Shown here: positions 9,463-18,636 of the stretch, piece by piece
Position numbering within the stretch: the stretch's first letter is position 1
How the letters are laid out: each line of letters begins with the position of its first letter
Origin: Candidatus Zixiibacteriota bacterium
Lineage (GTDB): Bacteria; Zixibacteria; MSB-5A5; GN15; JAAZOE01
Reading direction: 5' to 3'
Assembly: GCA_030668485.1 (NCBI GenBank)
Contig: DAOUTW010000006.1
Location: forward strand, 6,717-70,716
DNA length: 64,000 nucleotides
Made by a program: the position numbers and the translations under genes
Notes under the pieces: generated by a model
Told to the model about the DNA's origin: nothing
Databases searched by the model: none
Seen by the model: only the letters and a program-made list of their open reading frames with translations

Positions 9463-9542
9463 GAAAAAAGGCTTCTGCCACCGTGAAGAATGTGATCTTC
9501 TCCCCTTTTTATCTCTGTCATAATTATATATATTGTTCACCT

Positions 9543-10889
9543 ATGGATATGTTTGGCGAAAAAGATGGAGCCGAGGTTGAACAGGCATCGACTAACCGGC
9601 CATTGGCCGATCGGATGCGGCCCGATAGCCTCGATAATTTCTTCGGGCAGGAAAAAATAATCGGCCCCGGCAAACCGTTGCGCCGCGCTATCGAGGCAGG
9701 GCGGGTCGGATCGATCATTTTCTGGGGACCGCCGGGAACCGGCAAAACGACGTTGGCTTTTCTTATCGCCAACACATGCAAGGGCGAATTCCTGCCGTAT
9801 TCGGCGGTAACATCGTCGATCAAAGAATTGAAAGGCGTTATCGCGAGTGCCAAAAAACGCCGCAAAATGTATGGCACCATCACCTACATGTTCATAGATG
9901 AAATCCATCGCTTCAACAAAGCGCAGCAGGATGCGTTCCTGCCCTTCGTTGAGGATGGATCGATTACCCTCATCGGGGCAACCACCGAAAACCCCTCATT
10001 CGAAGTCATTACCGCGCTTTTGTCGCGAATGAGGGTCTATGTGCTGGAGCGGTTATCGCAGGAACATATCCGGACCATCATCAAGGCCGCACTTGCAGAT
10101 ACCAAGCGCGGAATCGGTGAACGGAAGCTGACCATCGATGATAAAGGACTGAATTATCTTTCGGAGCAAGTGGACGGCGATGCCAGACGAGCCTTGTCGA
10201 TCCTTGAGGCCGCCGCTGATGATATTGCCGACGGCAAAGAAATCACCTATGAGTTGCTCAAAGAAATAATCGGGCGACGAAATATTATCTATGACAAGTC
10301 GGCTGAGGAGCATTTCAATATTATTTCAGCCTTGCATAAATCATTGCGCGGCGGAGATCCTGATGCAGCGTTGTATTGGCTGGCGCGGATGCTCAAAGGA
10401 GGTGAAGATCCCCTTTACATTCTTCGCCGACTGGTGCGGTTCGCGTCTGAGGATGTGGGACTGGCTGATCCGTTTGCCTTGACCTTTTGTATTTCGTGCA
10501 CCGATAGTTTTCGATTTTTGGGGCCGCCGGAAGGTGAGTTGGCGATTGCTCAGGCGGTAATTTATCTGGCGACGGCGCCGAAATCGGTTTCGGCCTACAA
10601 GGCGTTTGGGCAAGTCATGGATGAAGTGGAGCGGACCGAAAACCTCCCGGTGCCGATGCATATCCGTAATGCGCCGACTCGGTTGATGAAGGAAGTCGGG
10701 TACGGGAAAGATTATATTTATCCGCCCGACAGCGATACGCCGTTTGTCGATCAGCAGTTTTTGCCGGACAATATCAAGGATAAAAAGTTTTATCATCCGA
10801 CCGACAAAGGGCGTGAAAAGAAAATCGCTTATTACCTGGCATCATTCCGCCACTACCGGGGCCAAAAGGCCCGTGATGAAAAAAAGTAG
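9543..10889 (+). CDS. rarA: Replication-associated recombination protein A (AAA+ ATPase, MgsA/RarA family)
   Basis: Start moved to the ATG at 9543 (MDMFGEKDG...). The 9168 extension runs through intergenic repeats A and D. Motifs: Walker [12 protein letters not shown], Walker B/sensor [40 protein letters not shown], and C-terminal MgsA_C-like [20 protein letters not shown]. Confidence 0.93.
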   Translation: MDMFGEKDGAEVEQASTNRPLADRMRPDSLDNFFGQEKIIGPGKPLRRAIEAGRVGSIIFWGPPGTGKTTLAFLIANTCKGEFLPYSAVTSSIKELKGVIASAKKRRKMYGTITYMFIDEIHRFNKAQQDAFLPFVEDGSITLIGATTENPSFEVITALLSRMRVYVLERLSQEHIRTIIKAALADTKRGIGERKLTIDDKGLNYLSEQVDGDARRALSILEAAADDIADGKEITYELLKEIIGRRNIIYDKSAEEHFNIISALHKSLRGGDPDAALYWLARMLKGGEDPLYILRRLVRFASEDVGLADPFALTFCISCTDSFRFLGPPEGELAIAQAVIYLATAPKSVSAYKAFGQVMDEVERTENLPVPMHIRNAPTRLMKEVGYGKDYIYPPDSDTPFVDQQFLPDNIKDKKFYHPTDKGREKKIAYYLASFRHYRGQKARDEKK

Positions 10890-10906
10890 GAATTCGGGCT
10901 GAATCC

Positions 10907-11548
10907 ATGTCATACGACGACGCATATAAGAAAATTCCAGATTATTTTGGTACTGAACCATCCCCTTTATTGGTGGAGTATTGTCACCTCCTGAATAAAC
11001 CAGGGCCGGTGCTCGATATCGGGGCCGGACAGGGGCGCAACAGCCTCTTTTTGGCGCAGAAAGGTTACACGGTTGATGCTGTCGAGCCATCCCAGGTGGG
11101 CGTCGATACGATCAACCGGATCGCATCGGAAAGCAATCAACCTATCCGTGCATATTGCACGGATTTTGAAGATTTTGTCCCGCCGGAGACTCCTTTTGGA
11201 GCGGTATTGTTATTTGGCATTATCCAGATGCTTGAATGGGAATCAATAAATCTGTTGATTGAAAAAATACAGGCCTGGACAGCCCCCGGAAGTCATATTC
11301 TGATTTCCGCCTTTACCACCGACGACCCCGGTTTTGGCCGTATTGCGGCCACATCGGAGAAAGTCGGAAAAAATTCGTATCGTATGGAAGGCGGGACCTG
11401 CCGTACATTTTTGGAGCCTGATGAGGTATTGAATTTATTTTCCGGACTTGAGACAATCCATCATTGGGAAGGGATGGGCCCGAGTCATACTCACGGCGGC
11501 AAAGAACCTCATCGTCATGCCGTTGCCCATACCGTTTTTTGTTACTAA
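10907..11548 (+). CDS. Class I SAM-dependent methyltransferase (TehB-like)
   Basis: SAM-binding motif I VLDIGAGQGRNSLFLAQKGYTVDAVEPS. Length 213 aa. Confidence 0.8.
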   Translation: MSYDDAYKKIPDYFGTEPSPLLVEYCHLLNKPGPVLDIGAGQGRNSLFLAQKGYTVDAVEPSQVGVDTINRIASESNQPIRAYCTDFEDFVPPETPFGAVLLFGIIQMLEWESINLLIEKIQAWTAPGSHILISAFTTDDPGFGRIAATSEKVGKNSYRMEGGTCRTFLEPDEVLNLFSGLETIHHWEGMGPSHTHGGKEPHRHAVAHTVFCY

Positions 11549-11734
11549 TTCGAGGCCGGCAGTACGTATTATTATAAGTGATCGCTATTGAATCGACTCC
11601 TTCGCAAAACACCCCATATCGGTCCGGAATTATCCTAATGCGGTACAAAGTTTGAACGAAATCCGATATAGAATTGTTATAATATAGTGAGGGTGGTGAT
11701 GTTGTTATTGGTATTGTTCGCATTCTAAAAACGA

Positions 11735-11763
11735 TTGACATATATCCTCTGAAACTGTATATT
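11735..11763 (+). promoter_or_regulatory. Sigma-70-type promoter candidate
   Basis: TTGACA, 17-nt spacer, TATATT. Lies about 115 nt upstream of 11877. Confidence 0.4.
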
Positions 11764-11876
11764 GAATCTGTGGACGCACTGGTTCATAATACTCCGCCAT
11801 TATCCCCACCCGTGCTGACTAATGACTATAAGAACGCACTTGACAAATATATAAATTTAAGAGGAGGAGTGGTGTT

Positions 11877-12257
11877 ATGCGGTCAAAATTAATCATTTTA
11901 GTGGTGATGGCTATCTTCTTGATGGCCGTCGGAATCCCCGTTTTCGCACATAGCGGCCGGATATCAAATCTTGTAGACGATCCGAACGAAGCTGATGAGC
12001 ACCCCTGGGGTGGGGACCATCAGTTAATTGATGGCCCGCAACTTGCCCCGCAAAAATCAGGTGACCTTTTCATCGGAAGCAGGACGTTTTTCTTCATCAA
12101 ACTGACGGTGGAACATTACTGGATTAGTGTCCGACATATTTTCCAGGATATCACCAATGAAGAAACTTCGGGAACGGACGTCAAGCATGACACCCAAACG
12201 ACTCCGACCCTGATGACCAATGATAACAACACTAACGGTTTAGGAGCGAGGAACTAG
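11877..12257 (+). CDS. Small secreted hypothetical protein
   Basis: AGGAGG RBS and signal peptide MRSKLIILVVMAIFLMAVGIPVFA. No recognisable domain. The stop lies 5 nt before the EBP gene, which suggests co-transcription. Confidence 0.6.
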   Translation: MRSKLIILVVMAIFLMAVGIPVFAHSGRISNLVDDPNEADEHPWGGDHQLIDGPQLAPQKSGDLFIGSRTFFFIKLTVEHYWISVRHIFQDITNEETSGTDVKHDTQTTPTLMTNDNNTNGLGARN

Positions 12258-12262
12258 TAATC

Positions 12263-14521
12263 ATGAAATCATCATCTTCCAAGAAACCGGATGTCCGGTC
12301 CGAATTGCTGCGGCAACTGTCGTGTGCGGTTCGATTCCGGGATATCTCCGGAGGACTGCGCCTGGCTGAAAAATGTCAGGATGCGATGTCCGATCGGAGC
12401 GATCCCACGGCTGGACAATTACGGCGTCTTGAGGCTGAGCTGCTTTATATTTCTCATGATTATAAAAAAGCCCTCGCATCCGCCCGTCTTGCAGCCTCTT
12501 TGCTGGAGCCCTTCGGGGAAACGGCGGAACTGGCTGAAGTGTTTTTATTGACGGGTAAAGCGTTGATTAATCTTGGAAATTATAAAGAAGCGGAAACCGC
12601 CTTTTTGGACGCTAAGTCGCTTTTCAGGCGAAACGACAACAATTCGGGGAATATTGACGCGGCCAACCAACTGGCCCGGGTCTATTTCACCCGATCTGAG
12701 TATCAAAACGCGATTAAATATCTCCTGGAAGCGGTCAAGCTGGCTGAACAGTTGGGCGACAAACGCCAACTGGCTTTTCTCTGGGGTAATATCGGCCGTG
12801 TTTATACGCTGATGGGTAATTTCAAGAGAGCAGCCGAAGCGCTCATGATGAATATCGATATCTCCGCGGAACTCGGAGATGACAAGGAGCGAGCCAAGGC
12901 ACTGCTTTCGATCGGCTATATTGAAATGCAGTCGGAGCAGTACGAGAAGGCTGCCGAACATTTCGAACAAGCCCAACCGCTGCTGATCAAAGAAGAGCTG
13001 CGGCGTGAAACCGCAATTTACAAGACCTATTGCGGTGAGCTAAAAATCAGGTGCGGTCAACATTCAAATGCCCGACGCCTGCTGAATGATGCGATCAAGA
13101 TAGCCAAATCTCTCTCGCCCGAATCGTCACTGCTGGTAACTCCGATTCGGCACCTGGCCGAACTGGAACTGGCCTTAAAGAAATACAGTGAGGCTTCAAG
13201 GTTGGCTGAGCGGGCTTTGGCGTTGGCACAGAAGGTCGGTGAGGCGGCTGAAGAAGGCGCTGCACTGCGCATTCTGGCCCGCGCAGCCCTTGGCAAAAGC
13301 AAGTCGTCTGCCAAAGATCGGTCAAAGGCCATCGACCTGTTCTCTCGCGCTCTGAATATTTTTGAAGAAATCGGGGCACGCTTTGAACGGGCCGAGACGC
13401 TTGTAATGATGGCGACCTGCGGCATGGGATCGCCTCGGCGGAGGCTGGCCAACCTGTTCCGGGCTCATGATCTTTATAAACAAATGGGAATCGACACCAA
13501 GTATGAGCAAACCCAGAATCTTATCAACCGGGCCGATGCTCCCAATCCGGCGCTGGATTCGCAAGACCAGGGATTGCCGGAGGAGAATCGTAAGTTCATA
13601 ACTGCCAACCGGCAAATAAAGAAGGCCCTCGGACACCTTGAGACGGCAGCACATTCCGAATTGCCGGTACTGTTGATCGGAGAAACCGGCACCGGCAAGG
13701 ATCTCCTGGCCAAACATTATCACCGGCATTCCGGCCGCAAAGGGGAATTCGTCGCGGTCAACTGTGCCGCCTTCCCTGAGACTCTTCTGGAATCGGAGCT
13801 GTTCGGTTACCGCAAAGGCGCTTTTACCGGCGCATCCGCGGACAAGCAAGGTCTTTTCCACAGAGCCAACGGCGGCACATTTTTCCTTGATGAAATAGGT
13901 GAGTTGTCGCATGCTTCGCAGGCCAAGCTGCTGACGGTTCTCGAAACCCGCCGAGCGCGAAGGCTGGGCGACACCGCTGAAGATAAACTTGACATCAGGT
14001 TTATCGCCGCAACCAATTGTGACCTGTCCGCCATGGTAGAGGCGGGAACTTTCCGTCGCGATCTGTATTATCGTCTCAGCGGTATCCAATTCAGGATTCC
14101 TCCGCTGTCAGAACGCCCTGAGGATATACCTCTTTTGCTCCACCATTTTCTGATCAAAGAGGGCGTTGCCGGCGAAAACGAGCAGATCGACCCTGCCCTG
14201 ATCGGCGAATTCTCATCACGGTCATGGCCGGGCAATGTTCGGCAACTTGAATCGGAAGTGCGTAAACTGGCCCTATTTTCGACCATGGCCCGCGAGGACT
14301 CGCTGGGCGATCTGGCCGGTGTCCTGATTCAAGATGACTCTGATAGTCATACCGTATCGTTATTCAACCAGGTTGAACAGTTTGAACGTGGCCTTATTCT
14401 CAAGGCTCTTAAACAATCGAACTGGAATAAATCGCAGGCGGCTCGTTCATTATCGATTCACGAATCGACTTTGCGAGCCAAAATGAAGCGATACGATATT
14501 CACGAAACCGCGATTTCGTAA
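12263..14521 (+). CDS. Sigma-54-dependent transcriptional activator (bacterial enhancer-binding protein) with N-terminal TPR-like sensor region instead of a receiver domain
   Basis: Motifs: Walker A GETGTGKD, GAFTGA loop (RKGAFTGAS), Walker B FFLDEIGE, and C-terminal Fis-type HTH NWNKSQAARSLSIHESTLRAKMKRY. The first ~440 aa are helical TPR-like repeats. Confidence 0.92.
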   Translation: MKSSSSKKPDVRSELLRQLSCAVRFRDISGGLRLAEKCQDAMSDRSDPTAGQLRRLEAELLYISHDYKKALASARLAASLLEPFGETAELAEVFLLTGKALINLGNYKEAETAFLDAKSLFRRNDNNSGNIDAANQLARVYFTRSEYQNAIKYLLEAVKLAEQLGDKRQLAFLWGNIGRVYTLMGNFKRAAEALMMNIDISAELGDDKERAKALLSIGYIEMQSEQYEKAAEHFEQAQPLLIKEELRRETAIYKTYCGELKIRCGQHSNARRLLNDAIKIAKSLSPESSLLVTPIRHLAELELALKKYSEASRLAERALALAQKVGEAAEEGAALRILARAALGKSKSSAKDRSKAIDLFSRALNIFEEIGARFERAETLVMMATCGMGSPRRRLANLFRAHDLYKQMGIDTKYEQTQNLINRADAPNPALDSQDQGLPEENRKFITANRQIKKALGHLETAAHSELPVLLIGETGTGKDLLAKHYHRHSGRKGEFVAVNCAAFPETLLESELFGYRKGAFTGASADKQGLFHRANGGTFFLDEIGELSHASQAKLLTVLETRRARRLGDTAEDKLDIRFIAATNCDLSAMVEAGTFRRDLYYRLSGIQFRIPPLSERPEDIPLLLHHFLIKEGVAGENEQIDPALIGEFSSRSWPGNVRQLESEVRKLALFSTMAREDSLGDLAGVLIQDDSDSHTVSLFNQVEQFERGLILKALKQSNWNKSQAARSLSIHESTLRAKMKRYDIHETAIS

Positions 14522-14537
14522 ATTCATACGAAATCGC
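14510..14537. promoter_or_regulatory. Perfect 11-bp inverted repeat (candidate EBP upstream activating site 1)
   Basis: GCGATTTCGTA-aattca-TACGAAATCGC overlaps the EBP stop codon. It lies about 190 nt upstream of the -24/-12 element. Confidence 0.45.
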
Positions 14538-14556
14538 ACAGAATCTGTGCCTTATG

Positions 14557-14590
14557 ATAAGCGCATGAATAACATGCGCTTATCTTTTTT
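14557..14590 (+). terminator. Rho-independent terminator of the EBP gene
   Basis: Perfect 11-bp stem ATAAGCGCATG/CATGCGCTTAT, 5-nt loop, followed by CTTTTTT. Confidence 0.7.
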
Positions 14591-14596
14591 ATGAGA

Positions 14597-14622
14597 AATT
14601 TCTCGTAATCTCATACGAAATT
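14597..14622. promoter_or_regulatory. Imperfect second copy of the TTTCGTA-N6-TACGAAA palindrome (candidate UAS 2)
   Basis: aaatttcTCgta-atctca-tacgaaatt. It shares half-sites with 14510..14537 and lies about 100 nt upstream of the -24/-12 element. Confidence 0.4.
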
Positions 14623-14709
14623 AGAGATTTCCCAAGAATCCTTAGCAATCGTCATAACACATTATCATACAATAGCATAGAGTGATAATTGCATCTTATA
14701 TGCAACTTA

Positions 14710-14725
14710 GGGCATACCTCTTGCT
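14710..14725 (+). promoter_or_regulatory. Candidate sigma-54 (-24/-12) promoter
   Basis: gGGCAtacctcTTGCT has GG and GC separated by exactly 10 nt, as in the TGGCAC-N5-TTGCW consensus. It is the only such match I found in the window and sits immediately downstream of the EBP gene and its palindromes. Confidence 0.45.
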
Positions 14726-14735
14726 CTAGATATAT

Positions 14736-14831
14736 ATGTCATTTATAGCTCCTTTTGCGCTGCTTTAAGTAGTCCTTTTTTCTCGGAAAAGCCGCCCGTG
14801 CCAGAGGGGTGCACGGGTGGCTTGCTTTTTA
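14736..14831 (+). ncRNA. Candidate sigma-54-dependent small RNA (about 95 nt), speculative
   Basis: The predicted TSS lies about 12 nt after the -12 GC. The transcript would end at hairpin GCCGCCCGTGC/GCACGGGTGGC followed by TTGCTTTTT (14792..14831). It carries CU-rich stretches (CTCCTTTT, TCCTTTTTTCTC) complementary to the AAGGAG/GGAGG RBSs used in this window. The only ORF inside is a 10-codon ATG ORF without an RBS. Confidence 0.25.
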
Positions 14832-14908
14832 AAGCCACTCATTTGCCATTTCCTATTATATCACTCAAAAATGAAATTGTGATTCAAAAGTGTTGATCTT
14901 GATCCGCG

Positions 14909-15457
14909 ATGCGAATATCTTGTGGGATGGATAATTACAACGAGCAACGACGGAAGCAACTGGCAGAATTTTCCAAAGAGCAACTGATCGGTATGCTTGA
15001 AGATGCCGCCAAAAACTGGCTGGCCCACGACGGCCTTTGGTTCCTGGCGGTGGAGGCCGATCACGGCATGGAAACCGCTATCAAGCATGACCGTACCGCC
15101 TGGGAAAAATTTACGGTTATCGAGGCAAAGCGGATTATGAGGCGCCACGGTATCGAACCTGGATCAGGATTGGATGGTCTCAAAAAGGCCCTTCAGTATC
15201 GGCAATACGCTCATTTGAATATTCAGACGATTGTCGATGAAACCGAAAACAGCTTTGTTTTCAGGATGAACGATTGCCGGGTCCAGGCGGCTCGCAAGCG
15301 CGACAATCGGCCCGATTTCCCCTGCAAACCGGTCGGTCTGGTGGAATATGCTCGATTTGCCGAAACAATCGATCCCCGCATAAAAACGGAATGTATTTGC
15401 TGCCCGCCGGATAAGCATCCGGATCAATATTACTGCGCCTGGAAATTCAGCCTTTAA
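14909..15457 (+). CDS. Conserved hypothetical cytosolic protein (possibly DUF6125-like; family uncertain)
   Basis: 182-aa ORF with KNWLAHDGLWFLAVEADHGMETAIKHDRTAWEKFTVIEAKRIM and a C-terminal Cys cluster CICCPPD. The start could also be the ATG at 14927. Confidence 0.6.
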   Translation: MRISCGMDNYNEQRRKQLAEFSKEQLIGMLEDAAKNWLAHDGLWFLAVEADHGMETAIKHDRTAWEKFTVIEAKRIMRRHGIEPGSGLDGLKKALQYRQYAHLNIQTIVDETENSFVFRMNDCRVQAARKRDNRPDFPCKPVGLVEYARFAETIDPRIKTECICCPPDKHPDQYYCAWKFSL

Positions 15458-15465
15458 AATACCAC

Positions 15466-15497
15466 AGGCGACCGGCTTGGGGGTTCGCCGGTCGCCT
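15466..15497 (+). terminator. Hairpin terminator candidate
   Basis: 11-bp stem AGGCGACCGGC/GCCGGTCGCCT lies 9 nt after the stop codon. The U tract is weak. Confidence 0.4.
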
Positions 15498-15841
15498 GCT
15501 CTTGCAGGGGCAATTAAGGCAAGGAGGTTACCTTACACCGGGCTTTAGGGGAAGCCCGGTGTAAGAGAAAACGGTTTGGCTCATGATGTAGAGTTCCTGG
15601 TGTCGATTCGCTCAATCCGCTTTCCATTACTTTATAACCCAGTCAGCCCCTCATTGGTTCCTTTTTAATCTTCTTTTTATTCCAAATACAGCTTTATTTT
15701 TCGCACCATTTTTGCAATTGTTTTCCTGTTTAAAAGCTATATATTAATCAGTCTCGTTACTGGCAGAGTCAATGTCTTGGGATTATATAATGACCAGTGG
15801 TCGGTGTTTTTTGGTAAAGCGTAAAGAAATGGACGGACACC

Positions 15842-17017
15842 TTGAATAGCAACAAATTACGACAAATACAGGGCGAATTGGCCCGCCTCGGGCTGGACGG
15901 ATGGCTAATTTATGATTTTCACGGCGGGAATGATATCGCCGTTCGTTTCCTGAGCCTTTCCGGAATTATTACCCGGCGCTCGTTCTATTTTATCCCGGCC
16001 AGCGGCACTCCGATCGCCTTTGTCCATGCTATCGAGAAGAAACCTTTCGATCATCTTCCGGGGCAGAAAATTTATTACAGCTCCTACCGGATCCTGGAAG
16101 AAAAACTGCGTCGAGCTCTTGAAGGGAAAAAACGGTTGGCGATGGAGTATTCTCCCAAGGGAAGGCTGCCGTATATCGGCAAGGTCGACGCTGGAACCCT
16201 GGAACTGATTCAATCTTTTGGAATCGAGGTCGTCACCTCGGCCAATCTTGTAGCCCGGTTTGACGCCTGCCTTTCCCCCGAACAAATCGAATCGCACCGC
16301 GAGGCGATAGCCCATCTATTTGAGATAAAGGGCGCCACTTTCAGCCTTATCAAAAGGCGAATCGAAACCGGTAATAAAATCACCGAATACGACGCCGTAC
16401 AGTTTATGCTTGAATGTTTTGAACGGGCCGGGATGATAACCGACGATCCCCCGATCTGCGCCGTCGGTCCCAACGGCAGTAACCCTCACTATGTCCCGAC
16501 CGAGGACGGAGCCGCTGAAATTACGAGGGACAACCTGGTTTTGATCGACCTCTGGGCCAAACTCAAAAAACCACGTTCGGTTTATGGCGATATAACCTGG
16601 ATGTGTTATACCGGCAGTGAACTTCCCCAAGAGTATGCCGAACATTTTGCTCTGGTTTGTATGGCCCGTGATGCTGCCGTAAAATATATGCAGGACCACT
16701 GGAAGAAGCAGAAAATTTACGGCTATCAGGTCGATGATGTCTGCCGCGCTATTATCACTCATGATAACCTGGGAAATTATTTCACTCATCGGACAGGGCA
16801 TTCGATTGCCGAAGACCCGCATGGCCCCGGCCCCAATATCGACAACCTTGAAACCGAAGACCGCCGGCAGTTGATGCCGGGACATCTTTTTTCGATCGAA
16901 CCGGGACTTTATTTCGAGGATCATGCCGTCCGGACCGAAATCGACGTATTGATCACCGAGGACGGCCCGGAAATTACTCAAACCCCGATTCAACAGGAGG
17001 TGGCACTGCTTTTTTAG
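15842..17017 (+). CDS. M24-family metallopeptidase (Xaa-Pro aminopeptidase/creatinase-fold), cytoplasmic
   Basis: Metal ligand motifs HRTGHSIAEDPHGPGP, FSIEPGLYF and VRTEIDVLI. TTG start. No signal peptide. Confidence 0.85.
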   Translation: MNSNKLRQIQGELARLGLDGWLIYDFHGGNDIAVRFLSLSGIITRRSFYFIPASGTPIAFVHAIEKKPFDHLPGQKIYYSSYRILEEKLRRALEGKKRLAMEYSPKGRLPYIGKVDAGTLELIQSFGIEVVTSANLVARFDACLSPEQIESHREAIAHLFEIKGATFSLIKRRIETGNKITEYDAVQFMLECFERAGMITDDPPICAVGPNGSNPHYVPTEDGAAEITRDNLVLIDLWAKLKKPRSVYGDITWMCYTGSELPQEYAEHFALVCMARDAAVKYMQDHWKKQKIYGYQVDDVCRAIITHDNLGNYFTHRTGHSIAEDPHGPGPNIDNLETEDRRQLMPGHLFSIEPGLYFEDHAVRTEIDVLITEDGPEITQTPIQQEVALLF

Positions 17018-17039
17018 TTTAGCATCCGTTTAGTTTATC

Positions 17040-17594
17040 ATGTACGTCACTTACCGCCAAATACAGGAAGCAGCCGACAAATACGGCTATCCGCCGGTGA
17101 TCCAGATGGTCGCCCCGATTGATCGTGAAGAGTTCGAATTTATCCGTTCCACTCAGACTTACGGCCGGGCCCATGATGTCACCATGTTTATTTTCAAGGG
17201 GCAGGAACTGCTGGTGATCGCCAAGCATGATTATCCGGAAGGTCTTTATCGTCCACCGTCAGGTGCGATCAAGCCGGAGGAATCGCTGGCCGAAGGCGCG
17301 CTGCGTGAGGCGTATGAGGAAACCGGGTGCAAGATCGAATTGACGCGGTATATCCTTCAGGTCAATGTCAATTTCACCGATGGTCGGGGCGTTATTCCCT
17401 GGAAATCACATGTTTTCACCGGGCGGTATTTATGCGGCGATCCTCATCCGATCGACACTCGTGAAATCCGTGAGGTTGTCCTGGCTCGTCTGGATGAATT
17501 TGAGAAATACAAAGAGATCATCCGCAGCAAAACCACCTCCGGCGGCCTCAATTACCGCGCCCGATTACATGATGAAGTCTTGCGGTTGTTGTAG
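17040..17594 (+). CDS. NUDIX hydrolase
   Basis: Nudix box GAIKPEESLAEGALREAYEETGC (GX5EX7REUXEEXGU). Confidence 0.88.
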   Translation: MYVTYRQIQEAADKYGYPPVIQMVAPIDREEFEFIRSTQTYGRAHDVTMFIFKGQELLVIAKHDYPEGLYRPPSGAIKPEESLAEGALREAYEETGCKIELTRYILQVNVNFTDGRGVIPWKSHVFTGRYLCGDPHPIDTREIREVVLARLDEFEKYKEIIRSKTTSGGLNYRARLHDEVLRLL

Positions 17595-17706
17595 GCATCA
17601 AAACCGATTATTGCAGGGTCATCCTGCCATGGCGGTCCCTTTCCGGGAAGGACCCTGCAGAACAGTTGCAACTCCTCACACCATAATATAAATTGTTACA
17701 CTTATA

Positions 17707-17835
17707 TTCGTCATTGCGAGGCCCGTCTGCGGGCCGTGGCAATCTCGTAGCGTTATTTGCCGGAAAAATGGAGATCGCCACGTCGGCCCCATCCTTCGCT
17801 TCGCTCGGATTTACGAGCCTTCTCGCGATGACGAC
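17707..17835. repeat. REP-like element, family C
   Basis: ttcgtcattgcgaggcccgtctgcgggccgtggcaatctcg ... atggagatcgccacgtcggcc ... gccttctcgcgatgacga. The last two blocks recur at 20210..20230 and 20294..20314. Confidence 0.7.
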
Positions 17836-18117
17836 GTTTTTTTATTCGATCATAAAATCATGACAAACGCCTGTTGTATTCATCATTGATTTTACCGGGT
17901 ATTTGATGTACATTAATTCTATCAATTGATATGGCATCGGGAATATCATCGATATATATTTTTGTAAATGAGGCGTCGGGGTTCTCTCTCCGTTGGCACC
18001 CGATCCTCTATGTTTGATTATGACCCAAAAACAGGCCCCTGCCTGTGTTCCGCTGGGTCCTTCCCGGCATGGTCCGCCATCGGCGGATGACCCGGCGGCA
18101 ATCAGGAATGCGATAAC

Positions 18118-18609
18118 ATGATTTTTCGTTTAACACAAAAGCTCGGCAAAAAAATCAAGGTTTCTCCTTCGCTGTGTCTGGCGCCGGACATGAACCCCTT
18201 TGCCGATTGGACCGCTAATATCTTCAGGGTCGAGCATGTTCAATTTATCATCCTTACAAATTCAGCGTCGCTTTATTCCGTCATGATGCCGGGCCGGGGA
18301 ATTACGGATGATGATAAGTTCGTCAGCCTCTCATTGAAATCTATGCGCGAATATATGACCCATGATGGGTTGGATGATATTTATCTTCGCCATATTGCTC
18401 CCGATACTCAATCCATATCGTTTTCCAAGACCGGAGACAGGCGGGTTCTGGGTTCGATGAATGATCTCATATTTAGTGCCAAAGTGCATATGATTGAACA
18501 AGGGAAATCGCCGTTTCATGCATCGCGGGATATAAATCATATGCCGTTATCGATGATTAATTATGGATACCCAATAGAAGCGTTTTTGGCACTGAGGAAT
18601 GAAGAATAA
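18118..18609 (+). CDS. Hypothetical protein
   Basis: 163-aa ORF with no motif I can name. It lies 22 nt upstream of the pentapeptide-repeat gene on the same strand. Confidence 0.55.
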   Translation: MIFRLTQKLGKKIKVSPSLCLAPDMNPFADWTANIFRVEHVQFIILTNSASLYSVMMPGRGITDDDKFVSLSLKSMREYMTHDGLDDIYLRHIAPDTQSISFSKTGDRRVLGSMNDLIFSAKVHMIEQGKSPFHASRDINHMPLSMINYGYPIEAFLALRNEE

Positions 18610-18636
18610 GAATATTAACATAAAGGCGGTGTGATC

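Noticed and set aside
9168-9542. N-terminal 125-codon extension of the rarA ORF
   Set aside because: The extension is translated from intergenic repeats A and D and overlaps the convergent 8762..9241 gene. RarA homologs begin close to MDMFGE...RPLADRMRP.
12320-12345. ggttcgattcc string resembling a tRNA T-loop
   Set aside because: The flanking bases do not form a T-stem, and no acceptor or anticodon arms can be drawn. It lies inside the EBP coding region. I found no tRNA in the window.
12545-14286. Several 70-255-aa minus-strand ORFs inside the EBP gene (for example 13322..14089)
   Set aside because: They are antisense to a gene with unambiguous AAA+/GAFTGA/HTH motifs. Their translations are Arg/Ser/Pro-rich and low in complexity, which is typical of shadow ORFs. 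The same reasoning applies to 16316..16993, 3204..3938, 43378..43992, 45011..45619, 33558..34172 and 61117..62022.
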